A program made the position numbers and the translations under genes. Shown piece after piece: positions 19,740 to 29,848 of a stretch of 64,000 nucleotides of DNA. The notes beneath the pieces were generated by a model. The model had not been told where the DNA came from, made no database searches, and saw only the letters and a program-made list of their open reading frames with translations. Source of the DNA: Candidatus Bathyarchaeia archaeon. Lineage in GTDB: Archaea > Thermoproteota > Bathyarchaeia > Bathyarchaeales > Bathycorpusculaceae. Within the stretch, counting starts at the first letter, position 1. Each line of letters opens with the position of its first letter. The stretch is from contig JAVZLM010000002.1 in assembly GCA_038883775.1 (NCBI GenBank), positions 32,001 through 96,000 of the forward strand, given 5' to 3'.

Positions 19740-20685
19740 TTGTTTAAAATTAGGACTTTCAAGAAAGATTTCGACGAAGAGCTTTTTGTTAATATTTTCA
19801 ACGCATGTTTTGGGGATTATGATGACATTAGAGCTATGACAATTAAAGAAATGAGGAAAATGGAAGAAGCGCCTACATTCAGCGGTGAAGGAATATTCAT
19901 AGCCGAATGGGATGGCGAAACAGCTGGAATGATAAGCGCTACCGTGGACAAGTTAAGAGAGGAGAGAAAAAGGTTTCATTCAAGGACTTGGAGTTCTTCC
20001 AAGGTTTAGAGGGAAGGGAATAGCCAAAAAACTTATGGAAAAAGCGTTAGAAAGTCTAAAAAGTAGAGGAATGGAGATCGCCGAGACTTGGGCGCAAACG
20101 GATAGAGAAGCATGCGTGCATATTTTTGAAAGTTTTGGGTTTAAGAATGTTCGAACCACAAGTTTGATGAAAAGAAGTTTAGCGAATATTCCGTTTAACA
20201 TTGGAGAAAACATGACAGTCACAATTAAGGATGCGAAAACAAACGATGAGGAAGATATCAAATTGATAAATAGACTCGAAAACGAAACTTTTAAGGAGCA
20301 TTTCAATTTTAGATCAAGAACCATTGAAGAAACCAAATATGCCCTCTTGGAGAGCCCATGGTTCCAAAAGCAAAAATGGTTCTTTGCAGTTTTAGGCGAT
20401 CAACTGGTGGGGTATGCTGGTGTTGGAGTTGATGAAAGATTAAATAAGGAAAAGAATTTGAAGTGGGGATGGATTTTAGACATAGGCGTTCTCAAACCTT
20501 TTAGACGAAAAGGAATAGGAAAAAGATTGATGCTTCATGGCATGCGGCTGCTAAAATCCTTTTGGATGGAAGATGTGCTCCTTTATGTGGATGATTTAAA
20601 TCCAACAAATGCCATAAAACTTTACGAAAGTTTGGGATTTAAAATACTGCGAAAAAATATCGTATATCAACTATCACTTGTTTAA
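19740..20685 (+). pseudogene. Tandem-domain GNAT acetyltransferase (MshD-like) with a 1-nt frameshift near 19967-19971
   Basis: Removing one A joins VDKLREERK to GFIQGLGVLPRFRGKGIAKKLME and on into ORF 20035-20685; second motif A GVLKPFRRKGIG. Confidence 0.8.
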
Positions 20686-20745
20686 TAATCTCCCACCATT
20701 GTAACCCAAGCAAATCATAATTTTATTTTGGATATCTAAAAACTG

Positions 20746-21591
20746 TTAATCCTTGAGAAAACCTTGCTTTCTAACAAATTCCATCAATTTTTTATTTGCT
20801 TTTTTAATAAATTCTTCCGTATAGTGACTTGAATATGATTTTCCATAACTTCTTTCTGAAACGATTTTTTCAAACCCTTCATCTGTTAACTTTTTTCCGC
20901 TACGTTTTAAGTCATTAAGCATGAGCTTTCTCCAGTAGACTGAAACATCCTCTGTTTCTATGTCCTTATAAGCGTCTTCGCAAACTATTACGTTGTAATC
21001 CCATTTTTCTCTTATTCCCAACTTCTTTCGCGGATACCCAACGCATAGAATGCTAAGCGCTAAGCAATGTTCTGGCAACTTCAGAATTTCCTTTGCTTCT
21101 TGTGGATGTTCAATTATTGATCCAATTATTACACTCCCCAATCCCAGAGCATCCGCGGCTATAACCATGTTTTCAAGTGATAGGGCTGCGTCTAAAACGC
21201 CGAAAGTGTATGGAAGAATGCCTGTGAAATCGTAATCCACTCCGGTTAGTTTTGCGGCTTTTAAATGGCGGTGAAGGTCGAGGCATATTACAATCCAAAC
21301 TGGAGCATCCTTCATAAACGCTTGATTTTCGCAAAGTTCATATAATCGCTCTTTAATTGTTTCATTTTTTATGACTATGAACGTTCTGGGTTGAATATTT
21401 CCAGCGGATGGGGCTCTAATCCCGGCAAGCAAAATTTTTTCGAGAATTTTTTTCGGCACTTTTCTTTTTTTATCGAAATGTCTAATAGAAGTTCTTGTCA
21501 AAATGATATTTAACAACCTGGAACCTTCCACAGCATCTTTCACCTTGAAGAGACTAATTCCGAACATCTTAAAAATAACAGTTTCCATCAT
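20746..21591 (-). CDS. Nitroreductase family protein
   Basis: RTSIRHF, APSAGNIQP, LGLGSVIIG. Confidence 0.9.
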   Translation of the reverse strand: MMETVIFKMFGISLFKVKDAVEGSRLLNIILTRTSIRHFDKKRKVPKKILEKILLAGIRAPSAGNIQPRTFIVIKNETIKERLYELCENQAFMKDAPVWIVICLDLHRHLKAAKLTGVDYDFTGILPYTFGVLDAALSLENMVIAADALGLGSVIIGSIIEHPQEAKEILKLPEHCLALSILCVGYPRKKLGIREKWDYNVIVCEDAYKDIETEDVSVYWRKLMLNDLKRSGKKLTDEGFEKIVSERSYGKSYSSHYTEEFIKKANKKLMEFVRKQGFLKD

Positions 21592-21603
21592 TAAATGGCG
21601 GGT

Positions 21604-21676
21604 GCCTCGGTAGCTCAGCTGGTAGAGCGACAGCCTCGTAAGCTGTAGGTCCCGGGATCAAAGCCCGGCCGAGGCT
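21604..21676 (+). tRNA. tRNA-Thr(CGT) with atypical T-loop ATCAAAG
   Basis: GCCTCGG/CCGAGGC acceptor stem, ACAGC-CT-CGT-AA-GCTGT anticodon arm, CCGGG/CCCGG T-stem. Confidence 0.93.
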
Positions 21677-21761
21677 TTTGTTGCGTATTTTTGTTGTACG
21701 TGTGGACAGAAATGTTTATTAAATATTAATATTAACGATTCAGACTGGAGGAAACTAAAAC

Positions 21762-22094
21762 ATGCCGCCTTTCCACATTCACGAAGAAAAACTTAAATGT
21801 CCATATAAAGGATGTGGAAAAACCTTTGACAAACCAACAATCCTAACAGATACCTCCACAATACCAAGAGAAACCTATTACGCTTGCCCCTACTGCATGT
21901 CAAAAATAGACATAACAGTGGAAAATATGAAAATAGTAAGCGTCAAACCAGCAGAATACCCAAAAGTTTTTGAAACACCAGCAAAATGCGCCCACTACTT
22001 TGGATTCCTAAACACTGTTCCAAAAGACATGCCAATCCCAGACGAATGCCTAATCTGCCCAAAAGTATTGCAATGCAGCATCAAAAAACACTAA
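21762..22094 (+). CDS. Zinc-finger hypothetical protein
   Basis: CPYKGCGKTF, CPYC, CAHYFG, IPDECLICP..LQC; GGAGG upstream. Confidence 0.7.
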   Translation: MPPFHIHEEKLKCPYKGCGKTFDKPTILTDTSTIPRETYYACPYCMSKIDITVENMKIVSVKPAEYPKVFETPAKCAHYFGFLNTVPKDMPIPDECLICPKVLQCSIKKH

Positions 22095-22172
22095 ACAAAT
22101 CTTTATTTTAAAGAGAATAATCTTAAATTCAGCCTTCAAAATTCTATTCTAATACAAGCCAAAAACAGAAGA

Positions 22173-22247
22173 GGGGCTGTCGGCTAGCTTGGTCTAGGCT
22201 TGGAGACTTGGGCTCTCTAGACCCCGGTTCAAATCCGGGCAGCCCCA
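22173..22247 (+). tRNA. tRNA-Pro(TGG)
   Basis: GGGGCTG/CAGCCCC acceptor stem, GGAGA-CT-TGG-GC-TCTCT anticodon arm, TTCAAAT. Confidence 0.95.
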
Positions 22248-22318
22248 TTCACGCTTTGTTAAGTATTTATTGCAGTTTTGTTATGCATTATATACAAGCA
22301 ATATAGGAGTCATAACAT

Positions 22319-23488
22319 ATGGAAAAAATTCCCGGATTGATTGTTGATAAAAAGTTTATTGCATTAATGTTTCTCGTCTGCCTAGTTTTGGGTGGAAGTT
22401 TCGCCTATATCTATTTGGATTTGAAGGCTGATTTTAAGGCTTTAAACGAAAAGTATGAAATTTTGGATAGTAAGTATGAAACTCTTTTAGACCAAATGCA
22501 GCAGCTTCAAGAACTTATTGAATACCAATATTATGGGCAAGTAATTAACTTAACAGCTGTTGATATTTACAATAGAACAAAATATTCTGTAGTGCTGGTT
22601 TCATGCACACTTCCAGACGGTTCTAAAGTTCAAGGTTCAGGTTTTGTCTATCGTGTTGGAGGATATATCATTACAAACAGCCATGTTGTCGGCGAAGTGA
22701 CCCAACAAGGCTTTGTAGAAGCTGTAAGCGTTAATGTTACGTTTTTTAATGGAACAACCCTTCAAGCAGAGGTTTGGGCATATGATGTTTACAGCGACTT
22801 GGCGGTGATAAAAATAAATGAAGTGGATAAAATACCTGAACTATCCCTTCCATTAATTGTTGGGAACTCAACCTTGCTAATGGTTGGAGAGCCAGTTTAT
22901 GCTATTGGGAATCCCTTCGGTTGGAGGGGTTCTATGACTGCCGGAATAGTCAGCCAATTGGGCAGAGTTATACGTCTAAGCGATTTGGGTGTTCCAGCGC
23001 CTTGGGGAAACTATTCTGTAGTTGACCTTATACAGTTTGATGCTGCTGTTAATCCTGGCAATTCCGGCGGTCCATTATTAAATGGCATGGGCGAAGTTGT
23101 TGGCGTAACCTTCGCAATAGAAACCGTAGAAGAAATTCCAGCTTTCATTGGAATTGGTTTTGCCATACCATCAGTTATCCTTAACAGGGTTGTTCCAGCC
23201 TTAATTGAAAACAAAACATACGCGCATCCTTACATGGGCATAGTGTGCGATATCCGATACTTGGGTGGAGCGTACTTATATGATATTGACCCACAGGGAC
23301 CAGCTTATGGTAAACTGATGAAGGGAGACATAATAATAGAAGTTGATAATCGCACAGTTACCTCCTTTGAAGACTTGATTATATATTTGGAGAGATACAA
23401 ATCCCCAAGAGACATCATACATTTAAAGGTTAGACGCAACGACACAATTTTGGAAGTGGAGTTAGAATTAGGCGAAAGAGAAGTTTAA
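22319..23488 (+). CDS. HtrA/DegP-like membrane-anchored serine protease with PDZ domain
   Basis: GSGF, ITNSHV, DLAV, QFDAAVNPGNSGGPL; N-terminal TM + coiled coil. Confidence 0.93.
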   Translation: MEKIPGLIVDKKFIALMFLVCLVLGGSFAYIYLDLKADFKALNEKYEILDSKYETLLDQMQQLQELIEYQYYGQVINLTAVDIYNRTKYSVVLVSCTLPDGSKVQGSGFVYRVGGYIITNSHVVGEVTQQGFVEAVSVNVTFFNGTTLQAEVWAYDVYSDLAVIKINEVDKIPELSLPLIVGNSTLLMVGEPVYAIGNPFGWRGSMTAGIVSQLGRVIRLSDLGVPAPWGNYSVVDLIQFDAAVNPGNSGGPLLNGMGEVVGVTFAIETVEEIPAFIGIGFAIPSVILNRVVPALIENKTYAHPYMGIVCDIRYLGGAYLYDIDPQGPAYGKLMKGDIIIEVDNRTVTSFEDLIIYLERYKSPRDIIHLKVRRNDTILEVELELGEREV

Positions 23489-24679
23489 CTAAACTTCTTG
23501 CATTGCGAAGGCAACAGATGCCAAAACTAAGGCTATCGCTATAGCGATCATAAAGGGATAATAAGCTGAAATGCCATAGAGAATGCCTCCTATATACGGA
23601 GCAATGAAAGAGGCAAACATGGTCACGGTCTGTGGCACAGAAACCCACCGTGCCCTAATGGATTCTGGCGCAAGTGGTCCAACAACAGCGCCTAAAAGGG
23701 ACCATGTTAGGTAGGAGCCGCCAGTTAGAAAGAATGTTACGGTTAAGATTTCAAAATTTCCAAACAATAGAAGAAGCGCGAGGGAAAGACTACACAAGAG
23801 CATAGAAGCCACTAACGCATAGGCTTTTCTCCATTTGTCTCCAATTTTTCCTATGATAATTCCTAAAACTGCGGAGCCGAAAAAGGATACTGAACCTAAA
23901 ACGCCAATTTCAAAGTCGCCATAACCATACACATCCGCAAGAAATTTTGGAACGAAGGGTCTAAACATCATTATTATGAACATCATCGAAGCAAAGAAAA
24001 CCGAAAGCTTCAGCAGCTTTCTGGTCTTTAACAACTGAAAAAATGAAGCGCCTTCTTCTGGAGAGCGAACAGCGTAGCCTTTTGCCTTTTGACTTTTAAT
24101 GAATGCAAGAATAATCGTGGCAATAGTGTAAAAGGTTGAGGCTAAATAGAAAACAGTGCGCATTCCAACAATCCTGGCTAAATAGCCGCCAAAGGCTGGA
24201 GAGAAAATGTATCCAAAAGACCATGATGAAGAAATCATGGCAAAAGTTAACGTCAACCTCTTCTCATCAGCAGCGCTTACAATGTAGGCTGTGCCCGTTG
24301 GACCGCCAAGCCAAACACCCCACAAAACCATTCCTGGCAACATTTCAATCCAGTTTCTGGCAAAAGAGAAAATTAGGGGAGCTGGCAGCCAAGCAAGCCA
24401 TCCAGCAAGCATAATCTTTTTGCGGTCATATTTGTCTGCAAGGGTTCCAGCAAAAAACAGTGTCGAGGCTGCTACCAAAGTCATTATTGCGTAGAGGATG
24501 CCAACTTCAACAGAACCCGCATTAAGCGTATTAGTCATATAATATGGTAGGAGATAAGCATAAAGTCCATCCCCAAAAGAGCCCACTAGATTGCATGCAT
24601 AAATTAGTTTCAAATCCCTACTTAACACATGAAAAGGAAAACTTGACTTTAAGGCGTTCTGCAGTCTGTTAAAGCTCAA
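23489..24679 (-). CDS. MFS transporter
   Basis: GTLADKYDRKK, GKIGDKWRK; 12-TM pattern. Confidence 0.87.
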   Translation of the reverse strand: MSFNRLQNALKSSFPFHVLSRDLKLIYACNLVGSFGDGLYAYLLPYYMTNTLNAGSVEVGILYAIMTLVAASTLFFAGTLADKYDRKKIMLAGWLAWLPAPLIFSFARNWIEMLPGMVLWGVWLGGPTGTAYIVSAADEKRLTLTFAMISSSWSFGYIFSPAFGGYLARIVGMRTVFYLASTFYTIATIILAFIKSQKAKGYAVRSPEEGASFFQLLKTRKLLKLSVFFASMMFIIMMFRPFVPKFLADVYGYGDFEIGVLGSVSFFGSAVLGIIIGKIGDKWRKAYALVASMLLCSLSLALLLLFGNFEILTVTFFLTGGSYLTWSLLGAVVGPLAPESIRARWVSVPQTVTMFASFIAPYIGGILYGISAYYPFMIAIAIALVLASVAFAMQEV

Positions 24680-24773
24680 ATTTGAACCTCATGCACTTAA
24701 GCAATTGAATAAGGATTTTGTTTTATGTCTTACTGTGGCATCTAAGAAAACAGAATTTGAATTTTAGTAAATT

Positions 24774-25772
24774 TTATTTTCTTCTGTCAATTATATCTAA
24801 CGCTTCAGGTCCCGTTCCAATAAGCACAATAGGTATGCCCGTTTGCCTTTCAATTTCCTTCACAAATTCCTTCGCCTCTTCTGGGAGCTCTTCATAGGTT
24901 TTTGCGCCTTTACATTTTGGATATACAGCATCAAGTTTCGTTAAAGCCGCTTGTGTAGCCCCATTAATTTTTACAGCTTTCTTTGCCAACTCAAAATTGA
25001 ATGGAGCTGAACGTCTGTCACGGCCTGTTCCAGCAGCTGTTTCAAACCATCCACGTTTCATGGCTTCTTCCTTTGTTAATTCTCCAGGTAATGGTCCCGC
25101 GCCAACCCTGGTCATGAAAGATTTGAAAACTATTAGGACGTCGTCTACTTTTGTTGGTCCTACGCCCGCTTCTGAGCATATGGCTGAGGCGCTTGTGTCC
25201 CTTCCCGTCACGTAGGGGTAGGTTCCATGATAAAGCGATAAGAGCAAGCCTTGTGTTCCTTCCAATAGGACTTTTTTGCCCAAGTCTATGGCGTTGTTAA
25301 CTTCTTCCGCCACATCAGTTAAGTATGACTTTAGTTCTGGAATGTCTTTTGCAATTTTTGCTGTTCTGCGAACACGTTCTTCTATGGCTGGTCCGACACC
25401 CCACCCCGTTGTTCCCAAACCTTTCAAGTGGGCGCTGGTCTTGTCTTGGGTTGAGTGTTTCTCTTCAATTATGGACGCTTGTTGGTCTATGCCTATGCGA
25501 TTTCTAACATTTGTTTCTTCAATTTCTTTAAGAAGTTGTGCGACATGAATGTTTGAGCCTGCGCCTATAAGCAAGCGACATCTCTCATAGATAAAGGCTG
25601 CTGGAACCATGTGTAAAGCATAACGTTTTCCCTCAATCCAAACAGTGTGGGCAGCGTTAACAGAACCAGTCCTTACACAAACATCCAATTTGTCTTTTAA
25701 GGCTAGATAGGAAATTATTTTTCCCTTGCCTTCATCTCCCCAAAAGGCTCCAGCTATGACTGTGCAAGGCAT
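24774..25772 (-). CDS. purA: Adenylosuccinate synthetase (short archaeal form)
   Basis: WGDEGKGK, NAAHT, EGTQG, GTYPYVT, TRVGAGP, TKLD; start MPCTV with GGTGA upstream. Confidence 0.96.
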   Translation of the reverse strand: MPCTVIAGAFWGDEGKGKIISYLALKDKLDVCVRTGSVNAAHTVWIEGKRYALHMVPAAFIYERCRLLIGAGSNIHVAQLLKEIEETNVRNRIGIDQQASIIEEKHSTQDKTSAHLKGLGTTGWGVGPAIEERVRRTAKIAKDIPELKSYLTDVAEEVNNAIDLGKKVLLEGTQGLLLSLYHGTYPYVTGRDTSASAICSEAGVGPTKVDDVLIVFKSFMTRVGAGPLPGELTKEEAMKRGWFETAAGTGRDRRSAPFNFELAKKAVKINGATQAALTKLDAVYPKCKGAKTYEELPEEAKEFVKEIERQTGIPIVLIGTGPEALDIIDRRK

Positions 25773-25838
25773 ATTATCACCAATGACAAAAATTATCATT
25801 CCTTATTTAAGAATTTTTGACAGTATTATGTAAAATCT

Positions 25839-26084
25839 TTAGTTTCTGTTTTCAGCCAAAATGAGGTTTAAGTTTAGGATTTCCGCCCATGCAATGTTCT
25901 TTAAGGGTATCCTGAACTCTTTTCGCTTCTTATATGGAACGCATTTAACGAAGATTTCTCTTCCAAACTCATCCTTCGAAATCTCTGAAAAGCAAACATT
26001 AACTATGACTGAACCATCTTTTAAATGTAGGTTAACATTTTTTCCGATGAAGGATTTAGCCGTGTTTAAGCCAAACCGTTCCAT
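25839..26084 (-). CDS. Small Sm/LSm-like hypothetical protein
   Basis: IGKNVNLHLKDGSVI...IPLKNIAW resembles Sm1/Sm2 motifs. Confidence 0.55.
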   Translation of the reverse strand: MERFGLNTAKSFIGKNVNLHLKDGSVIVNVCFSEISKDEFGREIFVKCVPYKKRKEFRIPLKNIAWAEILNLNLILAENRN

Positions 26085-26087
26085 CCT

Positions 26088-26225
26088 TCACCACTCCAAA
26101 TTTTTATCGGCTATTCTGCTCCAGCATCGCCTACAAATTGGCAGTTTTTCCCCTCTAAAGAGAATGTAAACTTCAATATCGTTATTTTTGCATTCCTTGT
26201 TCCATGGATTTTTGCAATGTTCCAT
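26088..26225 (-). CDS. 45-aa Cys microprotein absent from the ORF track
   Basis: MEHCKNPWNKECKNNDIEVYILFRGEKLPICRRCWSRIADKNLEW; GGAGGT upstream; ends 3 nt before the next start. Confidence 0.7.
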   Translation of the reverse strand: MEHCKNPWNKECKNNDIEVYILFRGEKLPICRRCWSRIADKNLEW

Positions 26226-26367
26226 CAAAGCGAACCTCCACTCACAAATCAATCAAGATGCTCAACCTCTTTCCCTTTTAAAACTCTCTGTGAAACAACT
26301 TTTGCATACTCTGGAGAGAGATAAGTTAAAGTGAAGCTAAATGCAACCCCTTTTTCGGGAGAGTTGA

Positions 26368-26805
26368 ATGCTAAACTCAGAAGCTTTGAGAAAAATTCTT
26401 TCAAAATATAAAACTGTGGCTGTTGTGGGATTATCAAAAGATCCATCAAAAGACAGTCATAGGGTTGCTAAATATTTGAAGGAAAACAGCTTCAGCATAA
26501 TTCCAATAAACCCCACGGCAGATGAGATTCTCGGCGAAAAAAGCTACAAGACCCTCTTAGACATGCCAGAAGAAGTTCAAAAAACCTTAGAGATTGTTGA
26601 CATTTTCAGACCTTCCGAAGAGGTTTTGCCCATAATCGAACAAGCCATCCAATTGCGAAAGCGTCATGGCTTGCCACATGTGGTTTGGATGCAGCTTGGA
26701 ATAATGAATGAAAAAGCAGCAGAAAAAGCGAGAAAAGCGGGGTTAACGGTTATTATGGACAAGTGCATGATGAGAGAACATAAACAACTCTTTTCAAGAC
26801 AATAA
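26368..26805 (+). CDS. CoA-binding protein (YccU-like)
   Basis: VAVVGLS.DP..DS, PINP, VDIFRP, WMQLGI, MDKC. Confidence 0.92.
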   Translation: MLNSEALRKILSKYKTVAVVGLSKDPSKDSHRVAKYLKENSFSIIPINPTADEILGEKSYKTLLDMPEEVQKTLEIVDIFRPSEEVLPIIEQAIQLRKRHGLPHVVWMQLGIMNEKAAEKARKAGLTVIMDKCMMREHKQLFSRQ

Positions 26806-26809
26806 TCTT

Positions 26810-27424
26810 TCAAATTTGGATTATTTCCGGTACAATTTTTTCTTTTGTTATTTTTAGCAAGGCTAAAGTTGGTTTTGTTATGAAAGGCGGGATGGGATTT
26901 GTGGGACTTCCAGGGTTTATGAAGAGGGTTTTTCCTTCCCATTTTACGCTTGAGTTATGGGTATGCCCATAAACCAAAACATCAAAACTGTTCTGTTTAG
27001 CGATTTCACGCATCTTTCCCATTCCGAAAAGGGCTCCAGGATCATGTATTACCCCAATTTTCCAATCAAAAACCTTAACAGAATTCATTTTCGGAAGTTT
27101 TCCCCGAATTTCAGGTCCATCCATATTTCCATAAACGGCTAAAACAGGCGCCAGCTGCTCCAACTCATCAATAACGGATAATTGCACCAAATCGCCGGCA
27201 TGAACTATAAAATCCACTTTCTCAAAAACTTCAAAAACCTTTTTCGGAAGACTCCTAGCCCTCAAAGGTATGTGGGTGTCAGAGATTAAACCCACAGTTT
27301 TCGCCACAGAATATTCAGGCGGTTTATAAAGGATTTTAGGCTGTTGATAAGCCATCGGCTTTTCCTCTATAAACAAGTTTAGCGTTTCAGAAATAAGAAT
27401 CTTAGCCAGAGGCTTTAGAGACAA
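26810..27424 (-). CDS. Metallophosphoesterase (YfcE/MJ0936 family)
   Basis: ISDTH, HAGD, GNMD, GHTH, NPGS; start probably downstream of 27424. Confidence 0.9.
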   Translation of the reverse strand: MSLKPLAKILISETLNLFIEEKPMAYQQPKILYKPPEYSVAKTVGLISDTHIPLRARSLPKKVFEVFEKVDFIVHAGDLVQLSVIDELEQLAPVLAVYGNMDGPEIRGKLPKMNSVKVFDWKIGVIHDPGALFGMGKMREIAKQNSFDVLVYGHTHNSSVKWEGKTLFINPGSPTNPIPPFITKPTLALLKITKEKIVPEIIQI

Positions 27425-27986
27425 ACTTGTTGCCTTTTATGAAAAATCTCAGCTCTTGTGGCAAATCAAACTTTACGCCTATCCTATGAGAAGAACAAAA
27501 CTCAAAACTTTCTACTTCTCCTTCAACCACCATTATTGGGCTGTTCTTTTTTGTAACGTAGACCCCATTTAGTTCATTAGTTATTGCCAAAGCCCTTGCT
27601 AATTTTCCAGGACCATTAGTCAAAAGGCGCATGTCCTTCACCTTCCTATTTTTCATCATAATCTCCACTCCGCAAAGTGGCTCCAAAGCCCTTATCAAAA
27701 CGGCTCCAACATCGCCCTTTGGATGCGCAACTATGTTTAGAAGCCAGTTTCCATGAACCATGTAGATAAAGGTTCTTCCAACATCCAAAAACATCAGTTC
27801 ATTAAAAACTTTCCTACCACTATAAGCTTTTGAGGCTGGATCCTTTTCTCCATAATAGGCTTCTGTCTCCACAATCTTCCCAGACACATGTATACCATTT
27901 AATTTTCTTACCAAAATTTTTCCAAGCAACTCTTTGGCTGCAATGTCTGGTGCTCTCTCATAGAAACTTTTAGGCAGCACTCGCAT
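27402..27986 (-). CDS. mpg: 3-methyladenine DNA glycosylase (MPG/AAG type)
   Basis: IVETEAY, AVLIRALEP, NGPGKL, RIGV. Confidence 0.92.
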   Translation of the reverse strand: MRVLPKSFYERAPDIAAKELLGKILVRKLNGIHVSGKIVETEAYYGEKDPASKAYSGRKVFNELMFLDVGRTFIYMVHGNWLLNIVAHPKGDVGAVLIRALEPLCGVEIMMKNRKVKDMRLLTNGPGKLARALAITNELNGVYVTKKNSPIMVVEGEVESFEFCSSHRIGVKFDLPQELRFFIKGNKFVSKASG

Positions 27987-28067
27987 TTTCTCAATCCTTA
28001 AAATAATATTTTGGAGCGATGAAATTTAAATTGTAAAAAAGGCTAAATTGTTTATAGTGAGTTCAGC

Positions 28068-28415
28068 ATGATAGAGTTTTATGATTTTGGTGTTATGGTT
28101 ATAAATGGCAAAAGATACACAAGCGACCTGATAATTTATCAATGGAAGGTTTTTGATGGCTGGTGGAGAAGGGAAAGTCACAGACTATACATGGAAGATT
28201 TAAATAGAATTTTCAGTTTTGAGCCTAAACCTCAAGTTTTGGTGGTGGGCACGGGATTTTCTGGACTTTTAAAGGTTTCAAGGGAAGTGGAAGAAACCCT
28301 AAGATCTCATAAAATCGAGTTGGTGGCGCAACCCACAAAAGAAGCAATTCAAACTTTTAACAAATTTTTGGCTTCTGGCAAGCGGGTTGCTGGAGCTTTT
28401 CACCTCACTTGTTAA
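28068..28415 (+). CDS. Mth938-like domain protein
   Basis: FG...ING..Y.SD, VVGTG, T.EA...FN, FHLTC. Confidence 0.88.
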   Translation: MIEFYDFGVMVINGKRYTSDLIIYQWKVFDGWWRRESHRLYMEDLNRIFSFEPKPQVLVVGTGFSGLLKVSREVEETLRSHKIELVAQPTKEAIQTFNKFLASGKRVAGAFHLTC

Positions 28416-28480
28416 AAGGAGGATAAAAACTTAAGTGGAATAAGCATTTAATACTCTGCCCTAAAAGGTGAACCATTAAA

Positions 28481-29839
28481 ATGGGCGGTCAAATATTAAA
28501 GGAAATAGAAGAGGAAATAACAAATCTTCTTAGCGACTTAATCCGCATAAACACAACAAATCCGCCTGGAAACGAAACAGAAGCAGCGAAATATTTAGCA
28601 AAAAATCTTGAAAAAGATGGCTTCAAATGTGAACTCTTCGAGTCTGCGCCTGGAAGAGGAAGCGTTGTAACAAGACTTAAAGGAGAAAAAGCAAAGCCAA
28701 GCTTACTTTTGTTATCCCATTTGGATGTGGTGGCTGCAAATCCAAAAGAATGGAGCGTAGACCCCTTCGGAGGCATAATCAAAGATGGCTTTGTTTGGGG
28801 ACGCGGCGCCATAGATATGAAATCCATGACAGCCATGGAAGTCATGGTCATGAAACTTCTAAAAAGGAATGGCGTAAAACCTAAAGGTGACATAATATTG
28901 GCTGCAACAGCAGACGAAGAAAAAGGCGGAGAAGCTGGAGCAGGATGGCTTGTGCGCAACTATCCCGAAAAGGTTCAGGCAGATTATGTCATAAATGAGG
29001 GGGGAGGACTCGCCATCCCAATAAACGGCAAAAACATCTACACGATTCAAACTGCGGAAAAGGGAGTTTTATGGTTCAAAGTTAAAGCTAAAGGCAGTCC
29101 AGGGCATGGTTCAGTGCCTGGCGCGGCGGACAACGCCATATTGCGCATGAATAAGGTTGTGGAAAAGCTTGGAAATCATAGGGCAAAAATTTCCATAGTG
29201 CCAACCATGAAAGGTTTCTTAAACGAAATGGCAAAGGAAAACCCAACTTTAAAACAAGGAGTTTCGCTTTTGTTCCAAAATCCAGATATGGGCGACCAAA
29301 TATTAGACATGTTAGCCCAGCAAGACAAAGCCATGGCTGAAGAGCTTCGAGCTATGCTCAGAATGACTATAGCCCCCACAGTAATCCATGGAGGCATTAA
29401 AGAAAATATTATTCCATCAGAATGCGAAGCCATTTTTGACTGCAGAATACTGCCGGGACAAAACACCAAAGAAGCGTTTGAGTATATTAAAAACTTGCTA
29501 AAGGATGTTGGTTTAGAAAAGTTGGATTTTGAAATAATTCAAGCTCATGACCCTTCAGAATCGCCATCAAACACGCCGCTTTATGAGCTAATTGTGAATG
29601 TTGTTAAAGAGTTTGAACCCAGCTGTTCTGCAGTGCCATTCTTGCTTACTGGTGGAACAGACTCTCGATTCTTTAGAAGGATTGGCAGCGTATGCTATGG
29701 TTTTGGACCGATGCGAGCTGATTTACCTTATGGGGAAATTTTGAAAATGGCTCATGGAATAGACGAAAGAATTTCCATAGAAAATCTCGTGTTTGGAACA
29801 AGCGTCCTCTACGCTATTGTTGAAAAATTTATTGGGTAA
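28481..29839 (+). CDS. M20 family metallopeptidase/amidohydrolase
   Basis: SHLDVV, GRGAIDMK, DEE, GGTDSR, HGIDERI. Confidence 0.92.
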   Translation: MGGQILKEIEEEITNLLSDLIRINTTNPPGNETEAAKYLAKNLEKDGFKCELFESAPGRGSVVTRLKGEKAKPSLLLLSHLDVVAANPKEWSVDPFGGIIKDGFVWGRGAIDMKSMTAMEVMVMKLLKRNGVKPKGDIILAATADEEKGGEAGAGWLVRNYPEKVQADYVINEGGGLAIPINGKNIYTIQTAEKGVLWFKVKAKGSPGHGSVPGAADNAILRMNKVVEKLGNHRAKISIVPTMKGFLNEMAKENPTLKQGVSLLFQNPDMGDQILDMLAQQDKAMAEELRAMLRMTIAPTVIHGGIKENIIPSECEAIFDCRILPGQNTKEAFEYIKNLLKDVGLEKLDFEIIQAHDPSESPSNTPLYELIVNVVKEFEPSCSAVPFLLTGGTDSRFFRRIGSVCYGFGPMRADLPYGEILKMAHGIDERISIENLVFGTSVLYAIVEKFIG

Positions 29840-29848
29840 AATGGATAG

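Noticed and set aside
26282-26327. Partial BHB-like pairing (AACT CTCT ... AGAG ATA AGTT)
   Set aside because: No inner helix, intergenic, and no reading frame is restored
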